In this document: piece after piece, positions 27,551 to 36,978 of the stretch
Position numbering within the stretch: position 1 is the stretch's first letter
Layout: each line of letters starts with the position of its first letter
Source: Candidatus Micrarchaeota archaeon
GTDB lineage: Archaea > Micrarchaeota > Micrarchaeia > Anstonellales > Anstonellaceae
NCBI GenBank assembly: GCA_964581105.1
Contig: CAZOMB010000003.1
Location: 4,421 to 68,420, forward strand
DNA length: 64,000 nt
Direction of reading: 5' to 3'
Notes under the pieces: model-generated
What the model was told of the DNA's origin: nothing
What the model saw: the letters and a program-made list of their open reading frames with translations, nothing else
Databases searched by the model: none
Position numbers and translations under genes: made by a program

Positions 27551-28480
27551 TCAGGCTGGCTGCTGGCTGCCTGCAGCATCAGTTTCATTATTTTTGCCCA
27601 GTAGCTTCTTCGCACGCCCAGCTATCCTATCAAAAGCGTCCAAAGCTCTTGACAGACGGCATGTCTTCCTAATAAGGTGCACTATCAACCAGACAGAAAA
27701 CAATACTTCAAGCCCAGTGACAATCTCAGCAGTCCGGTTTACGACCTGGTTATAAAGGGTGAATTCCGTTTCGTTGAGCTGTTTTCCATTGACTGAATAA
27801 ACAAACTCGCAAGTGTCAGTGTTTATCTGTTTCCCCTCAGTCGAATAATATTTCCCGCCGGTATAGCTGTAGGAAAGGCCTTTCAATCCATAGTGGTAAT
27901 ACGAACCGCCCTTGCTGATGCTTCCATGCGTTTTCAAATGTTTGATTTCAGCTGAACTCAGCTTGTTGCCATGCTTGCCCTTGAAAACCGTCTCTGCAAT
28001 AATTGTAATTGGTAACCAACCACCTACTATGCCTAATGTGGCCCCAACTTTGCACTTAGTTTTACTATCATCAACATGTTCCATAATGTTCCGAGGATTA
28101 TTCGTGTCTGTGTTCTCATCTCTGTATTTTGAGTATATTTCCACTGCATCTTTGTTTAGAGATGTTTCCCCGATTTTTATTTCCTCTTTCTGTTTGGCTA
28201 TTTCTTTCTTGATGCTTTTGACCTCATCCTGCGCTTTTTTAGCCAAGTCCTCTGTCATCAGAGGTATAGCTTCTTCCTTCTTCTTTAATTCCTCTGTCTG
28301 TTCCTTCAGAAGTTTTTTAGATTTATTTAAATTTTTCAGATTTTTGTCAAATGCGACTGTTTGTTTAACATAGTTGTGGCGGTTCTCTCTCCACGCCCAT
28401 TCTATTTCCTTCTTTGAAGTCTTGTTGTATTTGTTGATAGTCCTAAGGCTCTTATGGATATGTTTGTTACTGTGTTTCAT
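27551..28480 (-). CDS. Hypothetical coiled-coil membrane protein
   Basis: Coiled-coil N-terminus and two hydrophobic segments. Confidence 0.65.
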   Translation of the reverse strand: MKHSNKHIHKSLRTINKYNKTSKKEIEWAWRENRHNYVKQTVAFDKNLKNLNKSKKLLKEQTEELKKKEEAIPLMTEDLAKKAQDEVKSIKKEIAKQKEEIKIGETSLNKDAVEIYSKYRDENTDTNNPRNIMEHVDDSKTKCKVGATLGIVGGWLPITIIAETVFKGKHGNKLSSAEIKHLKTHGSISKGGSYYHYGLKGLSYSYTGGKYYSTEGKQINTDTCEFVYSVNGKQLNETEFTLYNQVVNRTAEIVTGLEVLFSVWLIVHLIRKTCRLSRALDAFDRIAGRAKKLLGKNNETDAAGSQQPA

Positions 28481-28624
28481 TCACACACCTCTGTTCAATA
28501 AATGTGTAACAACATGTTTATATATCTATGCCCACTTAAGGCTTTGTACACTAACCCCGGCTACAGTGTCAAAAAGATTCCTGAAAGGGACAAGCCAGCC
28601 ATCCTTGCGCAGCTCAATAAATAG

Positions 28625-28792
28625 TTAGCCTATCTTCAGCAAAATATATGCCAGCACAAGGGAGCCAACCCCTAAGACAAGGTTAAGAAGAGGGGTTTGG
28701 CTTACAAAAGCAAGCTTTATTCCTGCAAAAGGCAGCAAATTGTTTAAGGCAAACAGGAAAAGCATGCCTGCAATAAAGCTTCTCAGTTCCAT
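28625..28792 (-). CDS. Small two-TM protein (55 aa, below the ORF-track cutoff)
   Basis: MELRSFIAGMLFLFALNNLLPFAGIKLAFVSQTPLLNLVLGVGSLVLAYILLKIG. Confidence 0.6.
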   Translation of the reverse strand: MELRSFIAGMLFLFALNNLLPFAGIKLAFVSQTPLLNLVLGVGSLVLAYILLKIG

Positions 28793-28867
28793 TTTTCTCA
28801 CTTGACACAGTTTGGCTGTATTGCTTTAAAAATCTTAATTGTGATTTTGAACACAGGAGGTGTGACT

Positions 28868-29410
28868 ATGAAAATGGACGTCAGGATAGGCCAATGCATG
28901 ACAGTCGGGGTATTCACGCTTCCTGCTGACAAGACTGTAAGGGATGCTGCAAAGCTTTTGAAAAGCACAAGGGTAGGCTCAATTATTATCACGCAAAAGG
29001 GAAAGGCAAAAGGGATTGTGACTGAAAGGGACATAGTTTACAAAGTAATTGCAGCAGGCAAAGACCCGAAAAAGACCAAGCTAAAGGCAATTATGGCAAG
29101 GCCCCTCAAGGTAATCAGGGCATCTGACAAGATTGAAAAGGCAGCACTTGCGCTTCGGGCAAACAGGGTGAAAAGGCTGCCTGTTGTTGACAAGGATGGC
29201 CGGCTGGTCGGCATAATAACAGAAGGCGACCTTGTAAGGGTATACCCTGGCATGGTTGACGTTATTTCTGAGCTTCAGGAAATCCGCCAGGCAAAGCCAA
29301 ATGAGAGGTATACTGGCATATGCGAAATCTGCGGCTGCTATGCAGAGGACCTTAAGAGGGATGAGGGAAAGCTCAAGTGCGAAGAATGCATTGATGAGGA
29401 AGCTGTTTAG
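28868..29410 (+). CDS. CBS-pair protein with a C-terminal Zn ribbon
   Basis: GIVTERDI, RLPVVD..GIITEGD, GICEICG...CEEC; SD AGGAGGTG. Confidence 0.9.
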   Translation: MKMDVRIGQCMTVGVFTLPADKTVRDAAKLLKSTRVGSIIITQKGKAKGIVTERDIVYKVIAAGKDPKKTKLKAIMARPLKVIRASDKIEKAALALRANRVKRLPVVDKDGRLVGIITEGDLVRVYPGMVDVISELQEIRQAKPNERYTGICEICGCYAEDLKRDEGKLKCEECIDEEAV

Positions 29411-29447
29411 TATCTTTTCTTATTTTTTCCCATGCATTTAATGGCAT

Positions 29448-29834
29448 ATGGCATTTGGGACCTATAAAAAAGGCGCTCGCGCAGAGCGTGAGCTTATCAA
29501 GTTCTTCTCAGAAAAGGGCTTTTCAGTAATAAGGGCAGCAGGCTCAGGGGTAAATTCTCTTTCCCCTGATCTACTTGCATTCAAAAAAGGCAAGCAATAT
29601 GCAATTGAGTGCAAGGCATGGGACAAAACTTCCCTGTCTTTTGAAAAGCAAAGAGTGGCCTCAATGAAGCAATGGGAGGAAATAACAGGAATAACTTACC
29701 TTATTGGCTGGAGAATATCTCGCGAAGGCTGGCTGCTCTTCCCTGTGCATTTGCTTGAGGAAAAGAAAAAATCATTCACAATAACACTTTCAAAGGCAAA
29801 GTTGGCTGGAAGAACGCCTGATGAGCTTGCATAA
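29448..29834 (+). CDS. hjc: Holliday junction resolvase
   Basis: YKKGARAERE, RAAGSG, PDLLA, IECK. Confidence 0.92.
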   Translation: MAFGTYKKGARAERELIKFFSEKGFSVIRAAGSGVNSLSPDLLAFKKGKQYAIECKAWDKTSLSFEKQRVASMKQWEEITGITYLIGWRISREGWLLFPVHLLEEKKKSFTITLSKAKLAGRTPDELA

Positions 29835-29839
29835 TAACC

Positions 29840-29902
29840 TGGCAGATGATGACAAGAACGACTCTGACCAAAATATGAAGACGTGACTTGACTCTGATGC
29901 CA
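29840..29902 (+). ncRNA. Box C/D guide sRNA
   Basis: Terminal stem TGGCA/TGCCA; C ATGATGA 29846-29852; D' CTGA 29864-29867; C' ATGAAGA 29875-29881; D CTGA 29894-29897; 11- and 12-nt guides. Confidence 0.88.
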
Positions 29903-29923
29903 AGCAATTACACAAAACAAGAA

Positions 29924-30133
29924 TCAAACAACAGGGGGAAGTCCCATCTGAGAAAGAAGCTCTAGCTTTTCCTTTTTTGAGAGCCTTCCATGGTTTCTTA
30001 TTCCTTCCTTAAAGGTTTCAAGGGTATTCTCATACTGGGTGAGTGAGCCCTCATTCTTGTTGTAGCGCTTTCGCTGCTCATCAAGGTAACGGCTCCATGC
30101 GCCGCTTATTTCGTTTTTTATTTCCTCACTCAT
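29924..30133 (-). CDS. Small hypothetical protein
   Basis: GGTG upstream of ATG 30133 (MSEEIKNEISGAW). Confidence 0.55.
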   Translation of the reverse strand: MSEEIKNEISGAWSRYLDEQRKRYNKNEGSLTQYENTLETFKEGIRNHGRLSKKEKLELLSQMGLPPVV

Positions 30134-30249
30134 TCTAATCACCGTCAGTGCGTATCCTCTCTGGCAGAATAGTTTCTGCAAAAGGCGCAGTCTTCTATTT
30201 ATGCCAGAGCATATTTATTAACCTGCCCCTCTTCCCCGAAGAGGGCGCA

Positions 30250-31368
30250 TTACCCTTTGAGCTTTTCAAGCCTTAAGCACCATGCACTGTAAATGGCAAG
30301 GCTTATTGCCCCTGCAATGAATATTGGCGAAAAGCCAAATTGCTGCACAACAAAGCCTGATACTCCCATTGCAACAAATACGCCGATTCCCGGCGGTATA
30401 TGCAGCAGAGCAATCTCAGTTGCAACATTCTTGCTCTGCCTTGCATCAAGGTAAATTATCCTTTCCCAAAGAAAAGCAAGCAATGAGTCCCCTAATGCCA
30501 TCAGCAGAAAAAAGTAAGCAGCAAGGCCAGTTTCAGCAAGCCCCATGCCTGCAAGAGAGACTACAAATATCAGGCTGCCAAAAACTGCTGCAGGCCTGAC
30601 ATTGATTTTCATGTGGGAAAAAATATTGAGCGCAAGGCCAAATATCAGGAAATAAGCAGCATAAAGCAACCCTATCTGCTGAAGTGAAAACCCGATGCTC
30701 TTGAAAAAGATTGGGGCAACCAGATAAACAATTACCATGTAAAAAGTGGAGCCGGTGGCCATTGCGCCTGCTGTTTCGTAAAACCTTTTTGTCTTTTTTT
30801 TCAGGCTAAGGTCAGAAAGCTTTATTGCTGATTTTGCCCTCCTGTTTTTCACTTTTGCTGAAGTGAAAATCATTATGATTGAAAGCACTGCAGCCAAAAG
30901 GAAAAGTATCTCAAATCCCCCTAATGGGAAAAGAAGGCCCACTGCAAGGCTTCCAAGTGCAAAATAAAACTGCCTGCCAGAAATCATTCCCCCTAGGACA
31001 AAATGCTCCCTGCTCGGGGCTGCTGCAATCAAGCTGCTCCTGTTCACTGCCCATATGAAAGAGTCTTTTGCCCCATGAAGCACTTTTCCCACTGCAAAGC
31101 CAACAGGAGTTGTTGAAAGCCAGTAGGCAGCAACCTCTGCAAAAGTGGATATGCCGTTCAGGTAATAGAAAAGCCTGTCGCCAACTGAATCTGCAATAAG
31201 GCCGCTTGCTGTCCTTATGACAAGCTTTGCAAGCGAGGCAATGGCAAATACCAGGCCAATTGCAGCAATGTCAATTCCCCGCTCAAGCATAAGCAATGGC
31301 ACAGCTATTGTCATTATGCCGATTATGAATGAGTCGAAAAAATTCAGGGAAAATATTCGCTTTACCAC
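30250..31368 (-). CDS. MFS transporter (start at GTG 31368, not 31641)
   Basis: About 12 TM helices; motif GLIADSVGDR; the longer ORF would overlap tRNA-His. Confidence 0.85.
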   Translation of the reverse strand: MVKRIFSLNFFDSFIIGIMTIAVPLLMLERGIDIAAIGLVFAIASLAKLVIRTASGLIADSVGDRLFYYLNGISTFAEVAAYWLSTTPVGFAVGKVLHGAKDSFIWAVNRSSLIAAAPSREHFVLGGMISGRQFYFALGSLAVGLLFPLGGFEILFLLAAVLSIIMIFTSAKVKNRRAKSAIKLSDLSLKKKTKRFYETAGAMATGSTFYMVIVYLVAPIFFKSIGFSLQQIGLLYAAYFLIFGLALNIFSHMKINVRPAAVFGSLIFVVSLAGMGLAETGLAAYFFLLMALGDSLLAFLWERIIYLDARQSKNVATEIALLHIPPGIGVFVAMGVSGFVVQQFGFSPIFIAGAISLAIYSAWCLRLEKLKG

Positions 31369-31439
31369 ATCTACACCTTGGGAATCAAAGTTAAAGTAGG
31401 CGTTCTTTTTTATACTGCTCGTACCAAATAATGACCTGC

Positions 31440-31511
31440 GGCCACGGTGATGTAACGGTAGCATGGGGGCCTGTGGAGCCCTTCGCCCGAGTTCGAGTCT
31501 CGGCTGTGGCC
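31440..31511 (+). tRNA. tRNA-His(GUG), intronless, with encoded G-1
   Basis: Acceptor GCCACGG/CUGUGGC, G-1:C73, anticodon arm GGGGC-CUGUGGA-GCCCU. Confidence 0.92.
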
Positions 31512-31634
31512 TCATTTCATTCGGCCACATCTCGCCAGCCTGCGGCTGTCGATCGGCTGTGGCCTGTCTTTTTCCTTGTTTTTCCAATCCATTGACTGCA
31601 ACTATTATAAATGTTATGAATATATATTCATTAT

Positions 31635-31937
31635 ATGGCAAGGCCGAAAAAGTGCAAGATGGTATTTGCAGAGCCAGGTATCACTTACTTTAAGCCCCGC
31701 GCAGTGCCGCTTATTGAGCTTAAGGAGGTTGAGCTTGCTGTTGAGGAGTTTGAGGCTGTCAGGATAAGTGACCTTCAAGGCGCAGGCCAGGTCAGTGCAG
31801 CGAAAAAAATGAAAGTTTCACAGCCAACACTCCACAGGCTGCTTGGTTCTGCGCACAGGAAAATCGCAGATGCACTTGTAAACGGAAAAGCAATCAAGAT
31901 ACATGGAGGAAATTATTCTGTAAAGAAAAAGAGGTGA
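31635..31937 (+). CDS. DUF134 HTH protein
   Basis: MARPKKC...FKP...EEFEAVRISD...AAKKMKVSQPT...ARKIADAL.NGK-type pattern. Confidence 0.9.
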   Translation: MARPKKCKMVFAEPGITYFKPRAVPLIELKEVELAVEEFEAVRISDLQGAGQVSAAKKMKVSQPTLHRLLGSAHRKIADALVNGKAIKIHGGNYSVKKKR

Positions 31938-31942
31938 TTTGA

Positions 31943-32251
31943 ATGCCATGGGGAGACGGGACAGGCCCTTGGTGGGCAGGAAACAGTGGATGGAATTGCA
32001 GGAGGGGCTTTGGCAGAGGCCAAGGCTTTGGCAGAGGCCAAGGCTTTGGAAGAGGAGGCTTTGGAAGAGGATTTGGCCAGGGATTTGGCAGAGGAGGAGT
32101 TAACATCCCGTTTTTCGGCCAGCAGCAAAGCCAGGAAGCCGCAGTGCCTGCACAGGAAGAGCTTCAGGAGCTTAAGGAATATGCCCAGGAGCTAAAAGGA
32201 GAGCTTGACGAAATAAAGAAGAGGATGGCAGAGCTTCAGAAGAAAAAATAG
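31943..32251 (+). CDS. DUF5320 family Gly/Arg-rich protein
   Basis: MPWGDGTGP, GFGRG repeats, C-terminal coiled coil. Confidence 0.85.
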   Translation: MPWGDGTGPWWAGNSGWNCRRGFGRGQGFGRGQGFGRGGFGRGFGQGFGRGGVNIPFFGQQQSQEAAVPAQEELQELKEYAQELKGELDEIKKRMAELQKKK

Positions 32252-32260
32252 GTGGATCAT

Positions 32261-32680
32261 ATGAAAATAATTGTCGCAAGCTCAGGAAAAGGCCTAAATG
32301 CGAATGTTTTCCCTGTTTTTGGCAGGTGCCCTTCATTTTCCCTGGTGGAAGCAGATGGAAAGAAAATAACAGGAGAAAAAGAAGTTGCAAACCCTGGCTA
32401 TCAGGCAGGGGGAGGCGCAGGCATAGTTGCTGCCCAGGCTGTTATTGACGCAGGGGCTCAGGCAGTCATTGCAGGCAACTTCGGGCCAAACGCAGGCATG
32501 GTCCTTTCACAGGCAGGCATAAGCGTTTACTCTGTTGCAGGCGGCACAGTAAAGCAGGCAGTTGAAAGCCTGATTGCAGGAAAACTTCCGCCTGCTTCGC
32601 AGGTTCCAGGCCACTTTGGCATGCAAAGGGGAATGGGCGGAGGAATGCGAAGAGGGCGCTTTAGGGGAGGAAGGCAATGA
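32261..32680 (+). CDS. NifB/NifX-family cluster-binding protein with a Gly/Arg tail
   Basis: FGRCPSF, GGAGI, GNFGPNA. Confidence 0.88.
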   Translation: MKIIVASSGKGLNANVFPVFGRCPSFSLVEADGKKITGEKEVANPGYQAGGGAGIVAAQAVIDAGAQAVIAGNFGPNAGMVLSQAGISVYSVAGGTVKQAVESLIAGKLPPASQVPGHFGMQRGMGGGMRRGRFRGGRQ

Positions 32681-33027
32681 AAATCGCAATAGCCTCCCAG
32701 GGAAACGGAATAAAGGGAGAAGTGGCAGGGCATTTTGGCACATGCCCTGAATTTGTCCTTGTTGAAGCAAAGGATGGCAAAACAATTTCAGCAAAAACCT
32801 TTCCAAACCCATGTTTTGGCAAGCACATGCCTGGCGAGGTTCCCAAATTCATGAAAGAGATTGGCGCTGATATTGTGATAGCAGGGGGAATAGGCCCTTT
32901 GGCAGTAAAATTTCTCAACGAATACCAGATAAAAATGGTCACAGGGGTAAAAGGGAAAATTGAAGGCATTGTATCTGATTACCTTGAAGGGAAGCTGAAA
33001 GCAATGGAAAACGATTGCAGCCATTGA
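32677..33027 (+). CDS. NifB/NifX-family protein
   Basis: HFGTCPEF, GGIGPLA, C-terminal CSH. Confidence 0.88.
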   Translation: MKIAIASQGNGIKGEVAGHFGTCPEFVLVEAKDGKTISAKTFPNPCFGKHMPGEVPKFMKEIGADIVIAGGIGPLAVKFLNEYQIKMVTGVKGKIEGIVSDYLEGKLKAMENDCSH

Positions 33028-33047
33028 AAGGATTTGAGGGTTTTGCC

Positions 33048-33770
33048 ATGAAAATGCCGAATAAGCGAATTGCAAAAAGGATTGTGCCAGACCCTGAAAG
33101 ATATGATAAATGGTACAAAAAGCCATTTGGTAAATATGCTGACAGGCTTGAGAAAAACCTAGTATTGCTCTTCCTGGGCAACGCAAAAGGCATGAAAATA
33201 CTTGATGTTGGCTGCGGAACAGGCAATTACTGCCTTCTGCTTGCGAAAATGGGCGCACAAATGACTGGCATAGATTCATCCAGGAAAATGATATCAAGGG
33301 CAAAAGAAAAGGCAAAGAGGCAAGGGATCCAGGCAAAATTCCATATCGGGAGCGCTGAAAGCCTGCCCTTTAAGCCAAAAAGCTTTGATGCTGTTATATC
33401 TGTTGCAGCCTGCGAGTTTTTCACTGACATGGGAAAAGCAGCCGATGAAATGAAGCGCGTAGTTAAAGGTAATGGAAAAATTGTAATCGGGCTGATAAAC
33501 AAGTGGAGCCTTTATTGCTCTGGAAAGAGGCTTATAAGCATTTTCAAAGAGGACTCTGTTTACAAGCGCGCAAAGTTTTACAGCATACTTGGGCTGAAGA
33601 AAATTTTTGGGGGGGAAGTAAAGTGGGGCAGCACGCTTTTTGCGCAGGAGTGGTTCCCTTCCTGGCTTTTGCAGCTTTCATGCAGGTTTGAAGGCATTCT
33701 CTCAAAAGTTCTCAAGCCGTTCGGAGCATTTCTAGTCCTGAAAATAAAGCCAGAAAAGGGGATAAAATGA
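33048..33770 (+). CDS. Class I SAM-dependent methyltransferase
   Basis: ILDVGCGTG, GID.S..M, AESLPF..SFDAV. Confidence 0.9.
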   Translation: MKMPNKRIAKRIVPDPERYDKWYKKPFGKYADRLEKNLVLLFLGNAKGMKILDVGCGTGNYCLLLAKMGAQMTGIDSSRKMISRAKEKAKRQGIQAKFHIGSAESLPFKPKSFDAVISVAACEFFTDMGKAADEMKRVVKGNGKIVIGLINKWSLYCSGKRLISIFKEDSVYKRAKFYSILGLKKIFGGEVKWGSTLFAQEWFPSWLLQLSCRFEGILSKVLKPFGAFLVLKIKPEKGIK

Positions 33771-34591
33771 AAATAGCTGTCACTGGAGGCAAAGGAGGCA
33801 CAGGAAAAACAGTCATAGCAGTGAACCTTGCTGTTTGCCTTGCAAAGCTTGGGAAAAAAGTCGCTTACCTTGACTGTGATGCAGACTGCCCAAGCTCACA
33901 CCTTATTGTGGGCGCAAGCCTTCAAAAAAAGGAAAAAGTCAGCTCATTTTTCCCAATTATCGACAAAAACAAATGCAGGAAATGCGGAATGTGCGTTCAA
34001 AACTGTGAGTTTAATGCGCTTTACCAATTGAAAGGCAAACCCCCTGAACTGGTACAGTCGCTCTGCAGCGGCTGTGGCGCGTGCATGATTGCCTGCCCTT
34101 ATGGGGCAATAAAAGAAGGGAAAAAAACAATTGGCTGGACTTTTTCCTTCAGAAAATACGGGGTCCATTTCTTTTCAGGAAAGCTAAAGCCATCAGAGCC
34201 TTTGACTGAGAAGATAGTTGATGCAGTAAAGAAAAGGGGAATGCAGGGAAAATATGACATTATTATTGTGGATACTGCCGCAGGCGCGCACTGCCAGGTT
34301 GTTTCTGCTCTTGAGGGATGTGACAAGGCATTTGCAGTGACAGAGCCGACACTTTTTGGCAGGCACGACCTGAAAGTAATATCAAAAGTCCTGGAAAAAA
34401 TGAAAATCCAATATGAAATCATTCTCAACAGGAGCACAATCTCAAAAACCAGGGTAAAGTCAGTGCTTCAAATCCCGTATGACAGGAAAATGATAGAGTG
34501 CTATGTTCTTGCAGTGCCGATTGTTGAAAAGTACCCAAACCACCCAATTTCAAGAAAAATTGCTGCACTGGCAAAGAGGCTGTTAAAATGA
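33767..34591 (+). CDS. MinD-superfamily P-loop ATPase with an inserted ferredoxin domain
   Basis: GGKGGTGKT; two CxxCxxCxxxC motifs; DTAAG; VTEPT. Confidence 0.9.
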   Translation: MKIAVTGGKGGTGKTVIAVNLAVCLAKLGKKVAYLDCDADCPSSHLIVGASLQKKEKVSSFFPIIDKNKCRKCGMCVQNCEFNALYQLKGKPPELVQSLCSGCGACMIACPYGAIKEGKKTIGWTFSFRKYGVHFFSGKLKPSEPLTEKIVDAVKKRGMQGKYDIIIVDTAAGAHCQVVSALEGCDKAFAVTEPTLFGRHDLKVISKVLEKMKIQYEIILNRSTISKTRVKSVLQIPYDRKMIECYVLAVPIVEKYPNHPISRKIAALAKRLLK

Positions 34592-35475
34592 AAATAGTTA
34601 TCTTCAGCGGAAAAGGAGGAACAGGAAAGTCAGTTGTTGCCTCATCCCTTGCTCTTGGCCTTAGGGAAAATATTGTTCTTGTTGATGCTGATTCTGACTG
34701 CCCAAACCAGCATTTGCTGTTCCCAGGGAAAGTTTTGAGGAGGGAAAAGCTTTATTTGACAAAGTTTGCTGTTATTGGAAAGGGCTGCAAGGGGGCAAAA
34801 GGGATTGAAAAAGTGTGCAGGTTCGGCGCAATAAAAACAATCAATGGGAAGCCAACTGTTGACAAGGGAAAATGCGAAGGCTGCGGAGCCTGCGTCCTTG
34901 TCTGCCCGAAGGGCACTGCAAAACTTGTGCCAAAGCTGACAGGAAAGCTTATTGTTTCACAAACAGGGAATTTCCCCCTTGTTTGTGCAAGGCTTGAGCC
35001 AGGCGAGTCAGGCACAGGGAAGCTTGTTTTCAAGGCAAAGGAGGCAGCTGAAGAGATTGCAAGGCAAAACAGGATAAACACAACGCTTATTGATGCGCCT
35101 GCTGGGATTGGCTGCCCTGTAATAGCTGCTGTTGGGGGCTGTGATTATGCTCTAGGGGTGGTTGAGCCGACACAGGCAAGCATAGCAAACCTTGAAAGGG
35201 CGCTTGAGGTTGTGAAGCACTTCAAAGTTCCGTTCTCAATAATCCTGAACAAGGAGGGAATCTCAAAAAAATATGAAAAGGAGATTAAAAGAAAATTCAG
35301 GGGAAAGCTTATTGCAAAAATACCTCATGACAAAGAAGTGCCCCTTCTTCTTGCAAAAGGGGTGCCCCCGATAAAAGGAAAGGGGAAGGCTGCAAAAGCC
35401 CTGCGGCAATTTGTTAATGCGGTTGAAAAAGGAACATATAAAAGCCAAGCCATCGTTGGGAGAAGACATGGCTAA
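34588..35475 (+). CDS. MinD-superfamily P-loop ATPase with a ferredoxin domain (first cluster motif degenerate)
   Basis: SGKGGTGKS; CEGCGACVLVCP; DAPAGIGCPVIA. Confidence 0.9.
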   Translation: MKIVIFSGKGGTGKSVVASSLALGLRENIVLVDADSDCPNQHLLFPGKVLRREKLYLTKFAVIGKGCKGAKGIEKVCRFGAIKTINGKPTVDKGKCEGCGACVLVCPKGTAKLVPKLTGKLIVSQTGNFPLVCARLEPGESGTGKLVFKAKEAAEEIARQNRINTTLIDAPAGIGCPVIAAVGGCDYALGVVEPTQASIANLERALEVVKHFKVPFSIILNKEGISKKYEKEIKRKFRGKLIAKIPHDKEVPLLLAKGVPPIKGKGKAAKALRQFVNAVEKGTYKSQAIVGRRHG

Positions 35476-35953
35476 GACTGTGTTTTTGCTTTTGTTGCTT
35501 TTCGGGGTGCTGTTTGCAGACATCGGGCCATCCCCTGAGCCGCCGCAGGTCAGCATCCAGTTAACCGAAGCTGGAAACCCGTACTCAGGCAGCATTTCCA
35601 TAAGTTATGTGTGCAGTGTGCCCAATGAAAATAGTGACACAGGCCCAATGGGCCAGCGAGCGATTGAGCTTTCCTGCAGTAATGGCATTTGCACAAATGA
35701 AGGATGGTTTTACAAGCTCAACCCCTGCTTTTCAGGAAGCCAAGGCTATTTTTCCTATGAATGGAAAGAAGATAACATGAGCACAGATGATTTTGCACTG
35801 CAGTCTTCCAATGAATATGGGTTTGAGCTTGAGCTTTCTGATGCAAGCCTTGCAAGCAGGCCTCCAAAGAAAAAGGAAGCCGGCTTTTGCCTTGCGCCTG
35901 GCCTTCTTGCAATCTTTCTTCTGGGCCTGGTTTTCACAAGAAGCTGGCAATAG
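35468..35953 (+). CDS. Secreted protein with a C-terminal membrane anchor
   Basis: Signal peptide; KKKEAGFCLAPGLLAIFLLGLVFTR tail. Confidence 0.7.
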   Translation: MAKTVFLLLLLFGVLFADIGPSPEPPQVSIQLTEAGNPYSGSISISYVCSVPNENSDTGPMGQRAIELSCSNGICTNEGWFYKLNPCFSGSQGYFSYEWKEDNMSTDDFALQSSNEYGFELELSDASLASRPPKKKEAGFCLAPGLLAIFLLGLVFTRSWQ

Positions 35954-36306
35954 CAAATTTAACAATTGCCTGCCAAGATTTCCTGTTGGATTTTTTATTG
36001 GCCCTTGTGCTGACACTTGCAATTGAGACGGCTTTGCTCTACTTGCTGCTTTGCAAAAAATACCCCACTCTGCTGATTGCCAAAAATGCCGCAATAGCGA
36101 ATCTGATTACTCTTCCCTTTGTCTGGTTTGTGTTTCCAGCACTTTCCCTTTCCTGGGCACTGCATACAGCAGCTGCCGAGCTTTTCGCCTTTTTTACAGA
36201 AGCAGGAGTTTACAGGTTGCTTTTCAAAAAAATCGGGTGGAAGAAGGCAATATTGGCAAGCCTTGCATGCAATCTGCTCTCATTTGTAGCATGGCTGATT
36301 CTTTGA
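35887..36306 (+). CDS. Integral membrane protein (start uncertain)
   Basis: Four TM helices: TLAIE...ANLITLP...AELFAFFTE...CNLLSF. Confidence 0.65.
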   Translation: MPCAWPSCNLSSGPGFHKKLAIANLTIACQDFLLDFLLALVLTLAIETALLYLLLCKKYPTLLIAKNAAIANLITLPFVWFVFPALSLSWALHTAAAELFAFFTEAGVYRLLFKKIGWKKAILASLACNLLSFVAWLIL

Positions 36307-36369
36307 TTGGCATGTTGTTTGGCTCCCCTAATGCAAAAGAAATTAAACCTCACCTGTGAAACTAGGGAT

Positions 36370-36978
36370 ATGAAGACAAGCGTGCTTGTGGTCATTCTCA
36401 TTGCCGTTGCGCTTGCAGTGGCCTTTTTCATATTCTCAAAGCCAGCATACCCCCTCACAGAAGAGGACGCAGTAAAGTTCTTTTTGGAGGATTTGCAGGA
36501 AAAATACCCGTCAGCAGATGTAAGGGAGGTGATTGAGATATCTCCAGTCACAACCTCCAATGGCGAGCCATATTACCAGCTCAAGGCAAGGGTCACAAAC
36601 GGGCTTGCGACCCCATGCCCAGAAAGGATACATGTTTACTATGACTATCCTCCAAAGAACTTTGTTTCCCAGCCGCCAGAATACATAACAAAGGGATGTG
36701 AAGTGTGCATAAATGAGCCAGTCTGCATAATTGCATTTCCAGAAGAGGCAGTGATAGCCTCGCACACCTATATTGGGGCAGAGGCTGTTTCTGATTTTAT
36801 CAAGCAAAACTCTGATGCAGCTGCAGAGCCGGTGTTTGCTGATGAATATGGGGAATATTCAGGGGTTTGGCTTGTAAAGTGGGCCTCTTCCTCAAGCAGC
36901 ATTTCCTATATTGTGGTGCTTTCAAAGTCCCAAAACACTGTTCTTGAGGTAATCCAGGAGCAGGAAACTGAAGCCTAA
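36370..36978 (+). CDS. Membrane-anchored hypothetical protein
   Basis: N-terminal TM; Cys-containing extracellular domain. Confidence 0.7.
   Translation: MKTSVLVVILIAVALAVAFFIFSKPAYPLTEEDAVKFFLEDLQEKYPSADVREVIEISPVTTSNGEPYYQLKARVTNGLATPCPERIHVYYDYPPKNFVSQPPEYITKGCEVCINEPVCIIAFPEEAVIASHTYIGAEAVSDFIKQNSDAAAEPVFADEYGEYSGVWLVKWASSSSSISYIVVLSKSQNTVLEVIQEQETEA

Noticed and set aside
31369..31641. N-terminal extension of the MFS ORF
   Set aside because: It runs antisense through tRNA-His; the hydrophobic MFS sequence starts at about 31368
32006..32095. 15-18-bp tandem repeats
   Set aside because: Coding GFGRG(Q) repeats of DUF5320
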